The translations under genes were made by a program, and so were the position numbers. This document shows positions 25,401 through 37,217 of a DNA stretch of 64,000 bases, one piece after another. The DNA lies in the NCBI RefSeq assembly GCF_963921235.1, contig NC_086097.1, forward strand, positions 233,866,001 through 233,930,000. The letters are read 5' to 3'. The notes beneath the pieces were generated by a model. It ran no database searches. It worked only from the letters and a program-made list of their open reading frames with translations, and was not told where the DNA came from. Within the stretch, counting starts at the first letter, position 1. Every line of letters begins with the position of its first letter. This stretch comes from Mobula hypostoma. Its lineage: Eukaryota.

Positions 25401-26429
25401 TCCCTTAATCCAAAAGGTCCTATGATGTTATCAACCCTTTCCTGTCCAACTTCAGAGTTAAAATCTCCCACGACTAGTTTTATATCCTGAGATTTACATT
25501 CCTCATAAGCACTGTCGAGATCTTCATAAAACTTGTTGATATCCTCTTCATCTGCATCATTTGTTGGCATCATAGGCTTGGATTATGCTAATATTAAAAG
25601 GGCTACCCCTTAATTTATCTAAAAGCAGCCATTCGTGTATCACCCAATATCCCATAAGACATTTTGATACTTGTTTGTTTAAAATAATTCCAACTCCATA
25701 CATATACTGTTGACCTCCAGAATACATTATCAGAGAACTATTCTTTGTGAATTTGCACTGTCAGTCCATCTAATTTCTGACAGGCCTAAGATATCAACTT
25801 CCAACCTTTTCATTTTATTTAATGTGTTGTCCAACTTTCCTTTCTGGTAAAGTGTATGGATGTTCCATGTCGCCACCCTGAGCCTTTCCCTGTTGCTTAC
25901 AGTCTCTGGGTGATGGTCTGGTGTCACCTGCAGCACATGACTACCCCTACTTAGCGAGGTGTCGTTCTGCTGATTAGAATCAACCCCATTCACGCTGTAG
26001 TCTGGTTTCCTTCTTTTGTTTCTTTCCATGATTGACTAGGCAGAAATTTCAACATTGGTTTGCCATTGCCTTCTGTTGCCGCAGTGCTCATCTAACTAGA
26101 GCATTTGACCTCTATTGGTGTTCCCAATTGGGAATCCTACACTAGACATCGCCCAACCTTTGCTGCTGTTGTTCAAAGACAATCCTCCACCAAAGCTCGG
26201 AATCCGTCTCCCTGCTGCCGGAGACTTCGGTGATTTTAGGTGTCACCACCACCATTGGTCTGGTTATTTTTCTGGTGCCAAACACTCGCCGTAGAGCTCC
26301 TTCAGCGAGACAGGGTGCACCCGGACCCAAGTCCTACATGAAGGCAGAGTTGTCTTGGGTGGGAGAAGCTATATAATCGCTATTGGCTTTTCCTGGTATT
26401 TAGTCAGGACCAACCCACCTCATACACCC
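19412..26429 (-). mobile_element. Full-length but decayed RTE LINE, interrupted by a CR1
   Basis: Endonuclease (VATWNIHTL, GLSEIRW, GDFN, NQIDFI, GSDH) and RT (FIDFTKAF, RGVRQGC, RYADD); (GAA)n tail at 19412; 5' UTR with GAAGGCAATGGCAAACC; TSD caatagt at 19405-19411 and 26430-26436. Confidence 0.9.
20867..24506 (+). mobile_element. CR1-clade LINE truncated within ORF1 (esterase) plus decayed ORF2, nested in the RTE
   Basis: VIGDSIVRG, HIGSND, DGLH; ITETW, GDSDHN, GPDEIYP, GVPQGSVLGP, KFADD; (tttctatg) tail; imperfect TSD tgaaattccttc / tgaaatttcatc at 20855-20866 and 24507-24518. Confidence 0.92.
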
Positions 26430-26571
26430 CAATAGTATTGTTTGCTAAAATAACATCATGTTCTGTGGTTAATATAAAATTAGTTACGATTGGTAAAAGC
26501 TCATTGAGGTTATGAATGTATCATTAAGCCTTAGGTAAAGGGATTGTCACTCACCATCTGACACATTGGAA

Positions 26572-29090
26572 GTTCAAGTTCAAGTTTATTTTCATTTGAC
26601 TGTACAACCAAACGAAACAATGTTCCTCTGGACTATGGTGCACCCAGAAAGCATATATCACTCACAGCACATAAAACAAAATATTACCACAAATAAGTTC
26701 ATAAAATGTAATTCAGAATGCATGTAGTGCAGAGTATAGGTAAACAGTAAACAGCTTGCTGTCCTAGTGACCAGGTATTCATTTGTCTCATAGCCTGAGG
26801 GAAGAAGCTATTATCTTGTCAGACAGTCCTAGTCCTGATGCTCCTGTACCTTTTCCCTGACAGCAGTGGGTCAGAGAGATTGTGGGATGAGTTGCAAGGA
26901 CCCTCAACAAGGCTTTGGGCCCTTTGTCTGCAATGCTCCCAGTAGATGTCACAAATAGGGGAAGGGAGACCCCTCTTGCCAGCTTTACTATCCTCTTTAG
27001 GGTCGTGTGAAGCTTTCCTACCACACAATGATGAAGTCAGACAGGATACTCTCGATGTTGCTCTTGTAGAAAGTTGTTAGAATGGGTGCAGAGAGCCTTG
27101 GAGGCCTCAGCCTCCTTATAGCATGTAGACACTGCTGTGCTTTCTTGGCTAATGATAAAGTGTTGTGGGTTCAGGTTAGATCGTCCATTATGTGCACACC
27201 CAGGAACTTTGTGTTCTTCATTCTCTCCACAGCAAAGCCATTGACCTGTAATGGAGAGCAATCAACCTGCACCTTCCTGAAGTCCACAATCATCTCTTTT
27301 GTCTTGTCCACGTTGAGACTCTGGTTGATGTTCTCGCACCATTTAACACTTCCCTCAACCTCCCCTCTGTATGCTGTCTCATCATTGCTGCTAATGAGGT
27401 CAACCACTGCAGTATCATCAGGGAACTTGATGCGGTTTGAGCTGGATCTGGCAGAGCAGTCATGGGTCAGCAGTGTGAACAGCAGTAGGCTGAGCACACA
27501 GATCTGGGGGACACAAGTTCTCAGCATGATGGAGCCTGAGATGTTGCTGCCAACTCAAACTTACAGGTGTCCATCCTTCAAAAAATCCAAGTTCCAGTTA
27601 CTACGAGGGGTGTTGAATCCCAATGTGGACAGTTTACCCACCAGTCTCCAAGGGAAGATCGTGTTAAATGCCTTGCTGAAGTCAATGAGCAACCTCCTGG
27701 TGTACGAGTCATTGTTTTCTAGGTAGGGCAGGTCAGAGTAGGGTCAGGGCTGTGGCATCATCAGTGGAACGGTTCGAGCAGTAGGTGAACTGGAAAAGGT
27801 TCAATTCAGCTGGAAGGTAGTATTTTATATGATCCATTACCAGCTGCTCAAATCACTCCACGATTGTTGTGACTGAGTGGTAATCATTTTGGCCAGTTAC
27901 TATTGCTCTCTTAGGCACCGGAGTGTTGGTAGCTGCCTTAAAGCCTGAAGGGACAGGGGACTGTTTCAAAGAGATGTTAAAGATATCAGTTAAGACCTCT
28001 GTTAGCTGGACTGCACAATCTCTCAGCACCTGGCTAGGTATGTCGTCCAGCCGCACAGCTTTACCAGCATTTACCTTGGGTAGGATATTGCGCGCCTCAG
28101 CCGCGACCAGACATGACGCATGTTCCTTGGGAGAAAGGTAACTTTCCTCTATGTCTCATCATTCAAATCATCAAATTGGGCATAAAAGGCATTCAGCCTA
28201 TCAGGAAGTGAAGTGTCGTTGTCATTAATGTTCAGGGTGGACTTGTAATCTGTTAAGGTTTGTATACGTTGCCACATGCACTGTGTGTCCCTAGTGTCAC
28301 AAAGCTGTTTGTCAATTTTCTGTGAGTTCTCATGCTTTGTCTTCCAAATGGCATGAGACAGCATGGCTCTCACTGACCTTAGAGTCATCTTATTGATGAT
28401 CTGAAGGCAGAAACTCGATGCCTAATCAATGCACGGTCCTTGGTTTCTGGTTTGCCGTGGCAGTATAGTGTTTAATCATGGTAATGTCCTTAATGCATTT
28501 TCCTATGTTGCTGCAATTTCATCAATGTTGACAAGCTGATGGTAGGCAGGGGATATGCTCTTGAAACAGTCCTGCAATGCTGAGGAGGCATCTTCTCACC
28601 AGGTCCTGATCTCTGTGGAAATTTGTTTGTCTTACTCAACATACATTTCACCACTGGCAGGGATTAGCAAAATGGATACGTGGTCTGAGTATCCAAGGGG
28701 AGGATGGGGACAGCCTTGGAAGTTCCATGAATGTTGGTGTAAGCCAAATCTAATATATTCTCTCCTCTGGCTGTGAAGTTCACATGGTGGTAGAACTTTG
28801 ACAGGATTGTTTTTAAGTTGGCATGCTTGAGGTCAACAGTGACAATGAAGGGTGAGTGTCTTCGAGGTTGAAGATGGTGTCGTAGAGCTCCTGCAGTGCT
28901 TCCTTAGCACTAGCATGGGGGGGGGGAGGGGGTTGGGGGATGTAAACAGCAACTTCACAATTAAAAACTGATAGCCCACCTCTGCAGGTCTTGCCTGAAG
29001 CAGCAGCATTTCTGTTCACGATAATGCAGCTAATTTTGTAACCAGCGGACATTAGCAACTGGAATCGTCAGGAGTGCAGGCCAGCAAGGA
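26572..29090 (-). mobile_element. Old Rex1/Babar LINE
   Basis: Fragments [56 protein letters not shown]; (cttgaa) tail at ~26572. Confidence 0.85.
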
Positions 29091-29167
29091 CCTGCTTTAA
29101 GTCTCACTTGAATACTGGTGTGCTTACCACACTTCTGCGACCTTGCACAATTCCAAAGGCTGCTTAC

Positions 29168-29574
29168 CTTCATAAAACCAACAGACCTTCCCTTGGTCTT
29201 GACTTTATATCTGTTTTTGACAACTTGGAGAAAAAAATGTGTTTAGAATCCAAAATTAGAAGCCTGAAAATCACCTACAACATCCAGTTAGATTCCTTCT
29301 GGCAATTTGCAGGCAGTCACTTGCCTGTTAGCTACAGTTCTGGCCAGCCACAGTACCCGCCGTGTTCATCTCAGTCTGGAACTGTTTCTTCCTGATTCGC
29401 TGATGCTCTGCATCAGACGTGAAAACTTAAACCTTTAAATCAGCAGCAACATTTTAAAGATTTCAGTTCTACTGAAATTCTCAACAACCAACAGTTTAAT
29501 TTCAATTAATTCTAATAAGATCCACATCCAAAAACTTATTATTCACTATGCACACTCACATACTCACACATTCA

Positions 29575-29607
<33 letters not shown>

Positions 29608-29686
29608 TTACTGTGTATACACACACATACAGTTCATGACTTACATAACTTACATGGATGTTGCTCATTGCTGATCTGCAGACTTA
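29168..29686 (-). other. Two candidate exons (29654-29686 and 29168-29223)
   Basis: Both have long pyrimidine tracts ending ccaag and GTAAG donors. They are phase-compatible and read SLQISNEQHP-F-VKNRYKVKTKGRSVGFMK. Confidence 0.3.
29550..29630. repeat. Compound (CT)n/(CA)n microsatellite
   Basis: Directly visible. Confidence 0.85.
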
Positions 29687-30759
29687 CTTGGAAAATCAAA
29701 GAAAAATCAAATTTTTCATGTTGATAACAGTGAATGTATCTTTTTAACCTGAGTCTATTTTCTGTATTATAGTGTGTGAAAAATAGCACTTTTTGCCCCC
29801 ATTTTATCTCAAATATAAAAAAATCCTGAAAAATTCAAGTGTTAACACTGTAATTCTTATGTTATTGCATATATATCCCATGTCAGTCAGAATTATTTTC
29901 AGAATTAATAAACTGAAAAACCTGCTGCAAAGATTAAAATAATTCATTCCATACAAAACAGAGAACATTAATAACTTACTTGCTGATAGACTAACTGAAA
30001 AGAAGAATTAGACTAATAAGCCAGTTTTTATGTAGAAAGGAGTCTCAAACTTAGTTAGGTTATTTATTAATTTGTTTGAAATTGTCATAATTATTTAAAA
30101 TTAAAATGAACAACACCAATAGTTTACTTTTTTTTATTTTCTATTTCCTGTTTGATTCTTCAGCTCTTTCACAGCATAACTCCTATTGTAAAATTAAACT
30201 ATGAACTGTCATGGTGTTATTGATGTATTGTTATATTTTTCCAATATATTCCGATACAATTGATAAAATCTCAACTGAAATGTCTGTTCTCATTAAGTAC
30301 CATTGCTGTAATGTTATGCCTACTAGTGCTGACTTTGTCTTGTTGTTTAAGTCTCCCCAGATGGAAATCAAGCAGCAGGAGCTGCAAACAGGAAGGCAGT
30401 GAGGAAGAGGAATGTGTTAATTCAATGTTGAGGAGTGACACTAATGCTCCTTATCAAAATGTACATAAATGATGCCAATCCACAGAAACTTTGTTAGCAC
30501 CAGAATACATTATACAAATACCAAAGACTGTTGGCAAACAGCAATAATGATGCCAGTCAATTTTAACATTTGTTAATGGGTCGAATTACCAGAAAATGGC
30601 AGACTTAGGTCTTTGTTTAAATCAATTAGGGGAAGAACAATATCCAAAATTAAAACAGAATTATGTCCCATGTACCTGACATGAACAGCGGAATGCTGGA
30701 TTATGGTATCAAAGGAAAATCAGCTAAGGCTGGACGGTGGGATAGAAAGGGGTTGTTTA

Positions 30760-31555
30760 AGACCATAAGATTATCATACAAAGGAGCAGAATTAGGCCTT
30801 TCAGACAATTGAGCCTGCTCTGCCATTCTATCGTTGCAGATTTATTATCCCTCTCAATTCCATTCTCCCTACTTCTCCCTGCAACCTTTGACACCCTTAC
30901 TAATTAAGAACTTAGCAACTTCTGCTTTAAATATTCCCAACCACTTGGCCTCCAGAGCTGTCTGTGGCAATGAGTTCCACAGATTCATCGCCTTCTGGCT
31001 AAAGTATTTCCTCCCCATCTCTGTTCCAGAGGGACGTCCTTCTATTCTGATCCTAGACTCCCCCACTCTCCTCTCTATCTAGGCCTCTCAATGAGATCCC
31101 CCCTCATTCTTCAAAATTCCGGTGAGTACAGACCCAGAGCCATCAAACACTCCTCATTTGTCCTGCTGAAGGGCCTCGGCCTGAAATGTTGACTGTACAC
31201 TTTTCCATAGATGCTGCCCAACCTGCTGAGTTACTCCAGCATTCTGTGTGTGTGTTGCTTGGATATCCAGCATCTGCAGATTTTCTCTTCTTTGTGATTG
31301 GACTCCTTATATGTTAACCCTTACAATCCCGGGATAATTTTTGTGAACCTCCTCTGGTCCCTCTCCAATGCCAGCAGGTCCTTTATTCGATAAGGCGCAC
31401 AAAACTCTATGTACGGTTTCACCAATACTTTATAAAGCCTCAGCATTACATCCTTGCTTTTATATTCTAGTCCTCTTGAAAGAAGTACAAACATTGCATT
31501 TGCCTTGGTTACCACCAACTTAACCTGCAAATGAACCTTTAGGGAATCCTGGATG
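30760..31555 (-). mobile_element. CR1-clade LINE 3' fragment with a nested PLE repeat
   Basis: ORFs 31321-31596 (KANAM, RGLEYKSKDVMLRLY) and 30869-31066 (LWNSLPQ). Confidence 0.8.
31160..31279 (+). mobile_element. PLE terminal repeat with tail and variant hammerhead core
   Basis: gtcCTGCTGAagggcctcggcctGAAAtgttgactg...ccagcatctgcagattttctcttctttgtgat. Confidence 0.8.
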
Positions 31556-32068
31556 GCTGGATAAAGATTGAGTGGGGAATGATATAAAATTAACAAAGAT
31601 GGAGATCAAGCACATGTTCTGTAAGTAAAAAAGCCATAAATTTGCCCAGTGGTAAGCCATCAATATTTCCTGATGTGTAAATACAGACTTGCATTTTCAA
31701 GATGCAGCAATGTTGACCACAGCCTGAAGCCATCTTGACTCAAACTAGCAAAACTTAGCGTAATGGGTGGGCCTCACCCAGTGTAATACCATAATGTGGG
31801 TGGCCTGTATAAACCCCACTTACAAAACAGTTAGTGCAGGTGCATCTATGAATTAGCATCCATCTAATTTATAAAGGGCTTTGCATAGTTCTGAAATATC
31901 ATTGACATTCAGAGGCCTTCAAAATATTCAAATATGACTAAAATGTCAATGAAACAATTACACATTTTAAACTCTTAGTAAATAATTCTTCAAAAGGAAA
32001 CAAAAAGACATAAGGCATATACACAATTGGAAACATTTAAACAAAATTAAAAACAAACTCTAAATTAC

Positions 32069-32231
32069 TTGCCAGCCTTTTTTCTCCAATAAGAAAAGTG
32101 GATTCACTGTTCCTGTACCAGGTCTAAGCTGGCACTGGTTCAAGGGGCTGATGCTCAGGCATAACCATTGGGGAACTGCAGGAAATTTTAATTTGTAGCA
32201 AACTGCGGGAAGGTGATATAACACTTCTATT
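32069..32231 (-). other. Candidate exon
   Basis: ttcttcattcag acceptor and GTAATT donor; reads IEVLYHLPAVCYKLKFPAVPQWLCLSISPLNQCQLRPGTGTVNPLFLLEKKGWQ. Confidence 0.3.
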
Positions 32232-32894
32232 CTGAATGAAGAATTCACTCAAAGGAAGGCTGTAAGTTTGGGATTCCTGAAAACTCTGACTGAAACGAAG
32301 AATTATGAAGTTGTTGAGGGGAATTTTATTTGTAAGTTTGCATGTTCAACTCTGAAAACATTTTATGATCAGTGCAGATAATACAAAGCATGCACACTTC
32401 TGCCAAATGGTTATGTTCAAAAAACAGAAAGCTAGCAACTTTATTTCCATTGTTGTTTCTTAATTTTACTGACAGCTGAGAATGTGGTCTATTGTGTCTC
32501 AGTACAACATGTACACAAATTCTTGGGGCAAATGCTGCAAATTGTAATGAAGGAAAGTACTAATTATGTTTTGGAGAATTATTATCACCTCAGATGAAGT
32601 CATTCTTCCTATCATCCAGCAATGTAAAACAAGATACAGGCTATAAAAATCTTGACTTGCATTGGACAGTTGAGTTAAAAGATCACTATAAATGCTCCTC
32701 CAGTACTCACCTGCCCAGTACATCTCAACAATCTGGTGCCTGCATGTCTTTAAGCACCAAGTTCACGTCCTCTCCAAATCAACAGATTTCCATTTGAGTG
32801 TTGCTAAAGGGGTGAAGTGATCCATTTGTACAGGGTTCAGGTTGGCATGTCTGATAAGAGCAACTCAGAATATATACATACATATAATCGTTAA

Positions 32895-35425
32895 TAGACA
32901 ATAGGTGCAGGAGTAGGCCATTCGGCCCTTCGAGCCAGCACCGTCATTCACTGTGATCATGGCTGATCATCCACTATCAGTATCCAGTTCCTGCCTTATC
33001 CCCATAACCTTTGATTCCGCTATCTTTAAGAGCTCTATCCATCTCTTTCTTGAAAGCATCCAGAGACTTGGCCTCCACAGCCTTCTGGGGCAGAGCATTC
33101 CATATATCCACCACTCTCTGGGTGAAAAAGTTTTTCCTCAACTCCGTTCTAAATGGCCTACCCCTAATTCTTAAACTGTGGCCTCTGGTTCTGGACTCAC
33201 CCATCAGCGGGAACATGCTTCCTGCCTGCAGCGTGTCCAATCCCTTAATAATCTTATATGTTTCAATAAGATCCCCTCTCAGCCTTCTAAATTCCAGAGT
33301 ATACAAGCCCAGTCGCTCCAATCTTTCGACATATGACAGTCCCGCCATCCCGGGAATTAACGTTGTGAACCTACGCTGCACTCCCTCAATAGCAAGAATG
33401 TCCTTCCTCAAATTTGAAGACCAAAACTGCACATAGTACTCCAGGTGTGGTCTCACCAAGGCCCTGTACAGCTGCAGAAGGACCTCTTTGCTCTTGTACT
33501 CAATTTCCCTTGTTATGAAGGCCAGCATGCCATTAGCTTTTTTCACTGCCTGCTGTACTTGCATGCTTGCTTTCAGTGACTGATGCACAAGAACACCTAG
33601 ATCTCGTTGTGCTTCCCTTTTTCCTAACTTGACTCCATTTAGCTAATAATCTGCCTTCCCGTTCTTACCACCAAAGTGGATAACCTCACATTTATCCACA
33701 TTAAACTGCATCTGCTATGCATCTGCCCACTCACCCAGCCTGTCCAAGTCACCCTGCATTCTCATAACATTCTCCTCACATTTCACACTGCCTCCCAGCT
33801 TTGTGTCATCGGCAAATTTGCTAATGTTACTATTAATTTCCTCATCTAAATCATTAATATATATTGTAAACAGCTGCAGTCCCAGCACTGAACTCTGCGG
33901 TACCCCACTGGTCACCGCCTGCCATTCCGAAAGGGACCCGTTAATTGCTACTCTTTGTTTTCTGTCAGCCAGCCAATTTTCAATCCATGTCAGTACCCTA
34001 CCCCCAATACCAGGTGCCCTAAATTTGCCCACTAATCTCCTATGTGGGACTTTATCAAAGGCTTTCTGAAAGTCCAGGTACACTACATCCACTGGCTCTC
34101 CCTTGTCCATTTTCATAGTTACATCCTCAAAAAATTCCAGAAGATTAGTCAAACACGATTTCCCCTTAGTAAATCCATGCTGACTCGGACCAATCCTGTT
34201 ACTACTATCCAGATGTGTCGTAATTTCATCTTTTATAATGGACTCCAGCATCTTTCCCACCACTGACGTCAGGCTAACCGGTCTATAATTCCCTGTTTTC
34301 TCTCTTCCTCCCCTCTTGAAGAGAGGGACAACATTAGCCACCCTCCAATCCACAGGAACCGATCCTGAATCTATAGAACATTGGAAAATGATTACCAATG
34401 TGTTTACGATTTCTAAAGCCACCTCCTTAAGTACCCTGGGATGCAGACCATCAGGTCCCAGGGACTTATCAGCCTTCAGACCCAACAGCCTATCCAACAC
34501 CATTTCCTGCCTAATATAAATTTCCTTCAATTCATCCATTACCCTAGGTCTTTTGGCCACTATTACATCTGGGAGATTGTTTGTGTCTTCCCTAGTGAAG
34601 ACAGATCCAAAGTACCTGTTCAACTCGTCTGCCATTTCCTTGTTCCCCATAATAAATTCACCCGCTTCTGTCTTCAAGGGCCCAATTTTGGTCTTAACTA
34701 TTTTTTTTCCAGTTCACATACCTAAAGAAGCTTTTACTATCCTCCTTTATATTCTTGGCTAATTTACCTTCGTACCTCATTTTTTCTCTGCGTATTGCCT
34801 TTTTAGTTACCTTCTGTTGCTCTTTAAAAGATTCCCAATCTCTGGCTTCCCACTCATCTTTGCTATGTTATACTTCTTCTCTTTTATTTTTATGCTGTCC
34901 ATTACTTCCCTTGTCAGCCACAGCCTCCCCTTACTCCCCTTAGGATCTCTCTTCCTCTTTGGAACAAACTGATCCTGCACCTTCCGCATTATTCCCAGAA
35001 ACACTTGCCATTGCTGTTCCACTGTCATCCCTGCTAGGGTATTTTTCCATTGAACTTTGGCCAGCTCTTCCTTCATAGCACCATAGTCCCCTTTGTTCAA
35101 CTGTAATACTGACACTTCCGAGTTTCCCTTCTCCCTCTCAAATTGTAGATTAAAACTTATCATATTATGGTCACTACCTCCTAATGTCTCCTTTACCTCG
35201 AGGTCCCTGATCAAATCCGGTTCACTGCACAACACTAAATCTAGAATTGCGTTCTCTCTGGTAGGCTCCAGTTCAAGCTGTTCTAAGAATCCATCTCGGA
35301 GGGACTCCACAAACTCCCTTTCTTGGGATCCAGCATCAACCTGATTCCTCCAGTCTACCTGCATGTTGAAGTCCCCCATAACAACTGTAGCAATACCTTT
35401 GCGACATGCCAATTTTAACTCTTGA
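32895..35425 (-). mobile_element. Relatively young 5'-truncated CR1-clade LINE
   Basis: Long ORF pieces 34807-35412, 33715-34677 and 32977-33588; TSD gttaa at 32890-32894 and 35426-35430. Confidence 0.92.
33715..34677 (-). CDS. CR1 ORF2 reverse transcriptase fragment (320 aa, part of a disrupted ORF)
   Basis: GPDGLHP, NYRPVSLTS, QHGF, YLDFQKAFD, KFADD. Confidence 0.7.
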   Translation of the reverse strand: MKTEAGEFIMGNKEMADELNRYFGSVFTREDTNNLPDVIVAKRPRVMDELKEIYIRQEMVLDRLLGLKADKSLGPDGLHPRVLKEVALEIVNTLVIIFQCSIDSGSVPVDWRVANVVPLFKRGGREKTGNYRPVSLTSVVGKMLESIIKDEITTHLDSSNRIGPSQHGFTKGKSCLTNLLEFFEDVTMKMDKGEPVDVVYLDFQKAFDKVPHRRLVGKFRAPGIGGRVLTWIENWLADRKQRVAINGSLSEWQAVTSGVPQSSVLGLQLFTIYINDLDEEINSNISKFADDTKLGGSVKCEENVMRMQGDLDRLGEWADA

Positions 35426-35430
35426 GTTAA

Positions 35431-35805
35431 ATGAGAGGTGCAAAAATAAAAATAAAGAAAGTAGTGTTCATGGGTTCAATGCCCATTCAGAAATCAGATG
35501 GCAGAGGGGAAGAAGCTGTTCCTGAATCGTTGAGTGTGTGCCTTCAGGCTTCTGCACCTCCTTCCTGATGGTAACAATGAGAACAAGGCATGACATGGGT
35601 GATGGGGGTCCTTAATGATGGATGCCGCCTTTTAGAGTCATCACTCCTTGAAGATGTCCTGGATACTATGGAGGCTAGTGCCCCTGTTGGAGATGATTAA
35701 GTTTACAATCCTCTGCAGCTTATTTTGATCTTGTGCAGAAGTCCCCACCCGCTGCTCTGCCATACCAGACAATGATGTAGCCAGAAAGGATACTCTCCAT
35801 GTATA
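35431..35805 (-). mobile_element. Rex1 LINE 3' fragment
   Basis: Closely similar to 1000-1340 (gatggcagaggggaagaagctgttcctga...). Confidence 0.8.
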
Positions 35806-37013
35806 AGTGCTCAGTGGACAATTTACCTCAGTGAAAGGAACTTTGGTCCCACAGAATATCCAGACAGATTTAGGTTAATGTAAATCCATTCTTTCCACTA
35901 TCCCAACGAATCCAGCAACAAGGTACGCTAAAAGAATTAATCAGAGGTTTTTTAAAGTACAGTTGCTTGTTGAAATTGGAGGTAAAATCAATTTCCACTT
36001 GCCTCAGATAATTTTGATTTATCATTTCAAAAATACAAAAGGATTAGAAGAAATATGTAATCACATACACTCAGTGACCATTTGGAAGTTTGGCTGATCG
36101 TCGAGTTTGGCAAGATGTCTGCAAATGTTTCGGCTCCAATCGAGAAGCCATCATCAGTGCACATTTGAGGCTGTCTTCTCAGAATGCCAGCTTATACACT
36201 CCTCCGGGGTCCAATATTCTGCAATATTTCAAACTCAGTAGCCACTTTATTCGGTGCACCTGTACAGCTGCTCATTAACGCTAATCAACCAACAATGATG
36301 AGATGGCCTACAGAGAGGAGAAGGAAGAACTCGAGGACTGGCGCCAGGGAAGTAACCTCTTCCCCAGTGTCAACAAGACAAAGGAGATGGTTATCAACTT
36401 CAGGAGAACTCGCACCAGTCACAGCCCTCTTTACATCGGTGGCACAGCAGTGGAAACTACGGGCTGCTTCAAACTCCTGTGAGTGCACGTATTGGTCAAC
36501 CTCTTATGATCCTGGAGCACACCCTACACAAACGCCTCTACGTTCTGAGGAGGCTGAAGAGAGATGAACGACGCAAATCAATTCTTATGAGCTTCTACAG
36601 ATATGCAGTACAGAGCAACCTACGGGCTGTATCTCTGCATGGTATGAAAACTCCACTGCAGTGAACAGGGAGACTCTACTACGGGTCATCAAAACTGCCC
36701 AATGCATCAGCAGTACTAGTCCAGCTGCCTTCAAGGGTATTTATATACATCTACATTTATGTATAAACTATCTTATGTATTTATATTTATTTTTGTTATT
36801 ATTGTGTACTTTAATGTGTTTATTGTGTTGCATCAGAATCAGGTTTAATATCACCGGCATATGTCATGAAATTTGTTGGCTTTGTGTTAGTAGTACAGTG
36901 CAATACATAATAGTAGAAAGAAAACATGAATTACAGTGTGTGTATATATATATATACATGTATAAAATAGTTCAATTAAATATGTTGTTCAAAAATAGAA
37001 ATAAAATAGTGAG

Positions 37014-37095
37014 CAACACACATAAAAGTTGCTGGTGAACGCAGCAGGCCAGGCAGCATCTCTAGGAAGAGATACAGTCCACGTTTCAGGCCGAC
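37014..37095 (-). mobile_element. Solo PLE terminal repeat truncated inside hammerhead helix II
   Basis: Nearly identical to 19297-19376; agtgag on both sides as a 6-bp TSD. Confidence 0.8.
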
Positions 37096-37217
37096 AGTGA
37101 GGTAGTATTCATGGGTTCAATGTCCATTCAGAAATCAGATAGCAGAGGGGAAGAAGCTGTCCCTGAATCATTAAGTGTGTGCCTTCAGGCTTCTGTACCT
37201 CCTTCCTAATGGCACTA

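Noticed and set aside
26285..26430. Canonical HDV-like ribozyme call at the RTE 5' end
   Set aside because: P1-, L3- and P4-like pieces exist, but ~13 extra nt separate the putative P3 from P1 and I could not place a clean catalytic J4/2. Kept only as an unassigned structured-RNA candidate.
30361..30472. Plus-strand exon candidate after gtctccccag
   Set aside because: Isolated, with no convincing donor, no recognisable peptide and no supporting plus-strand exons.
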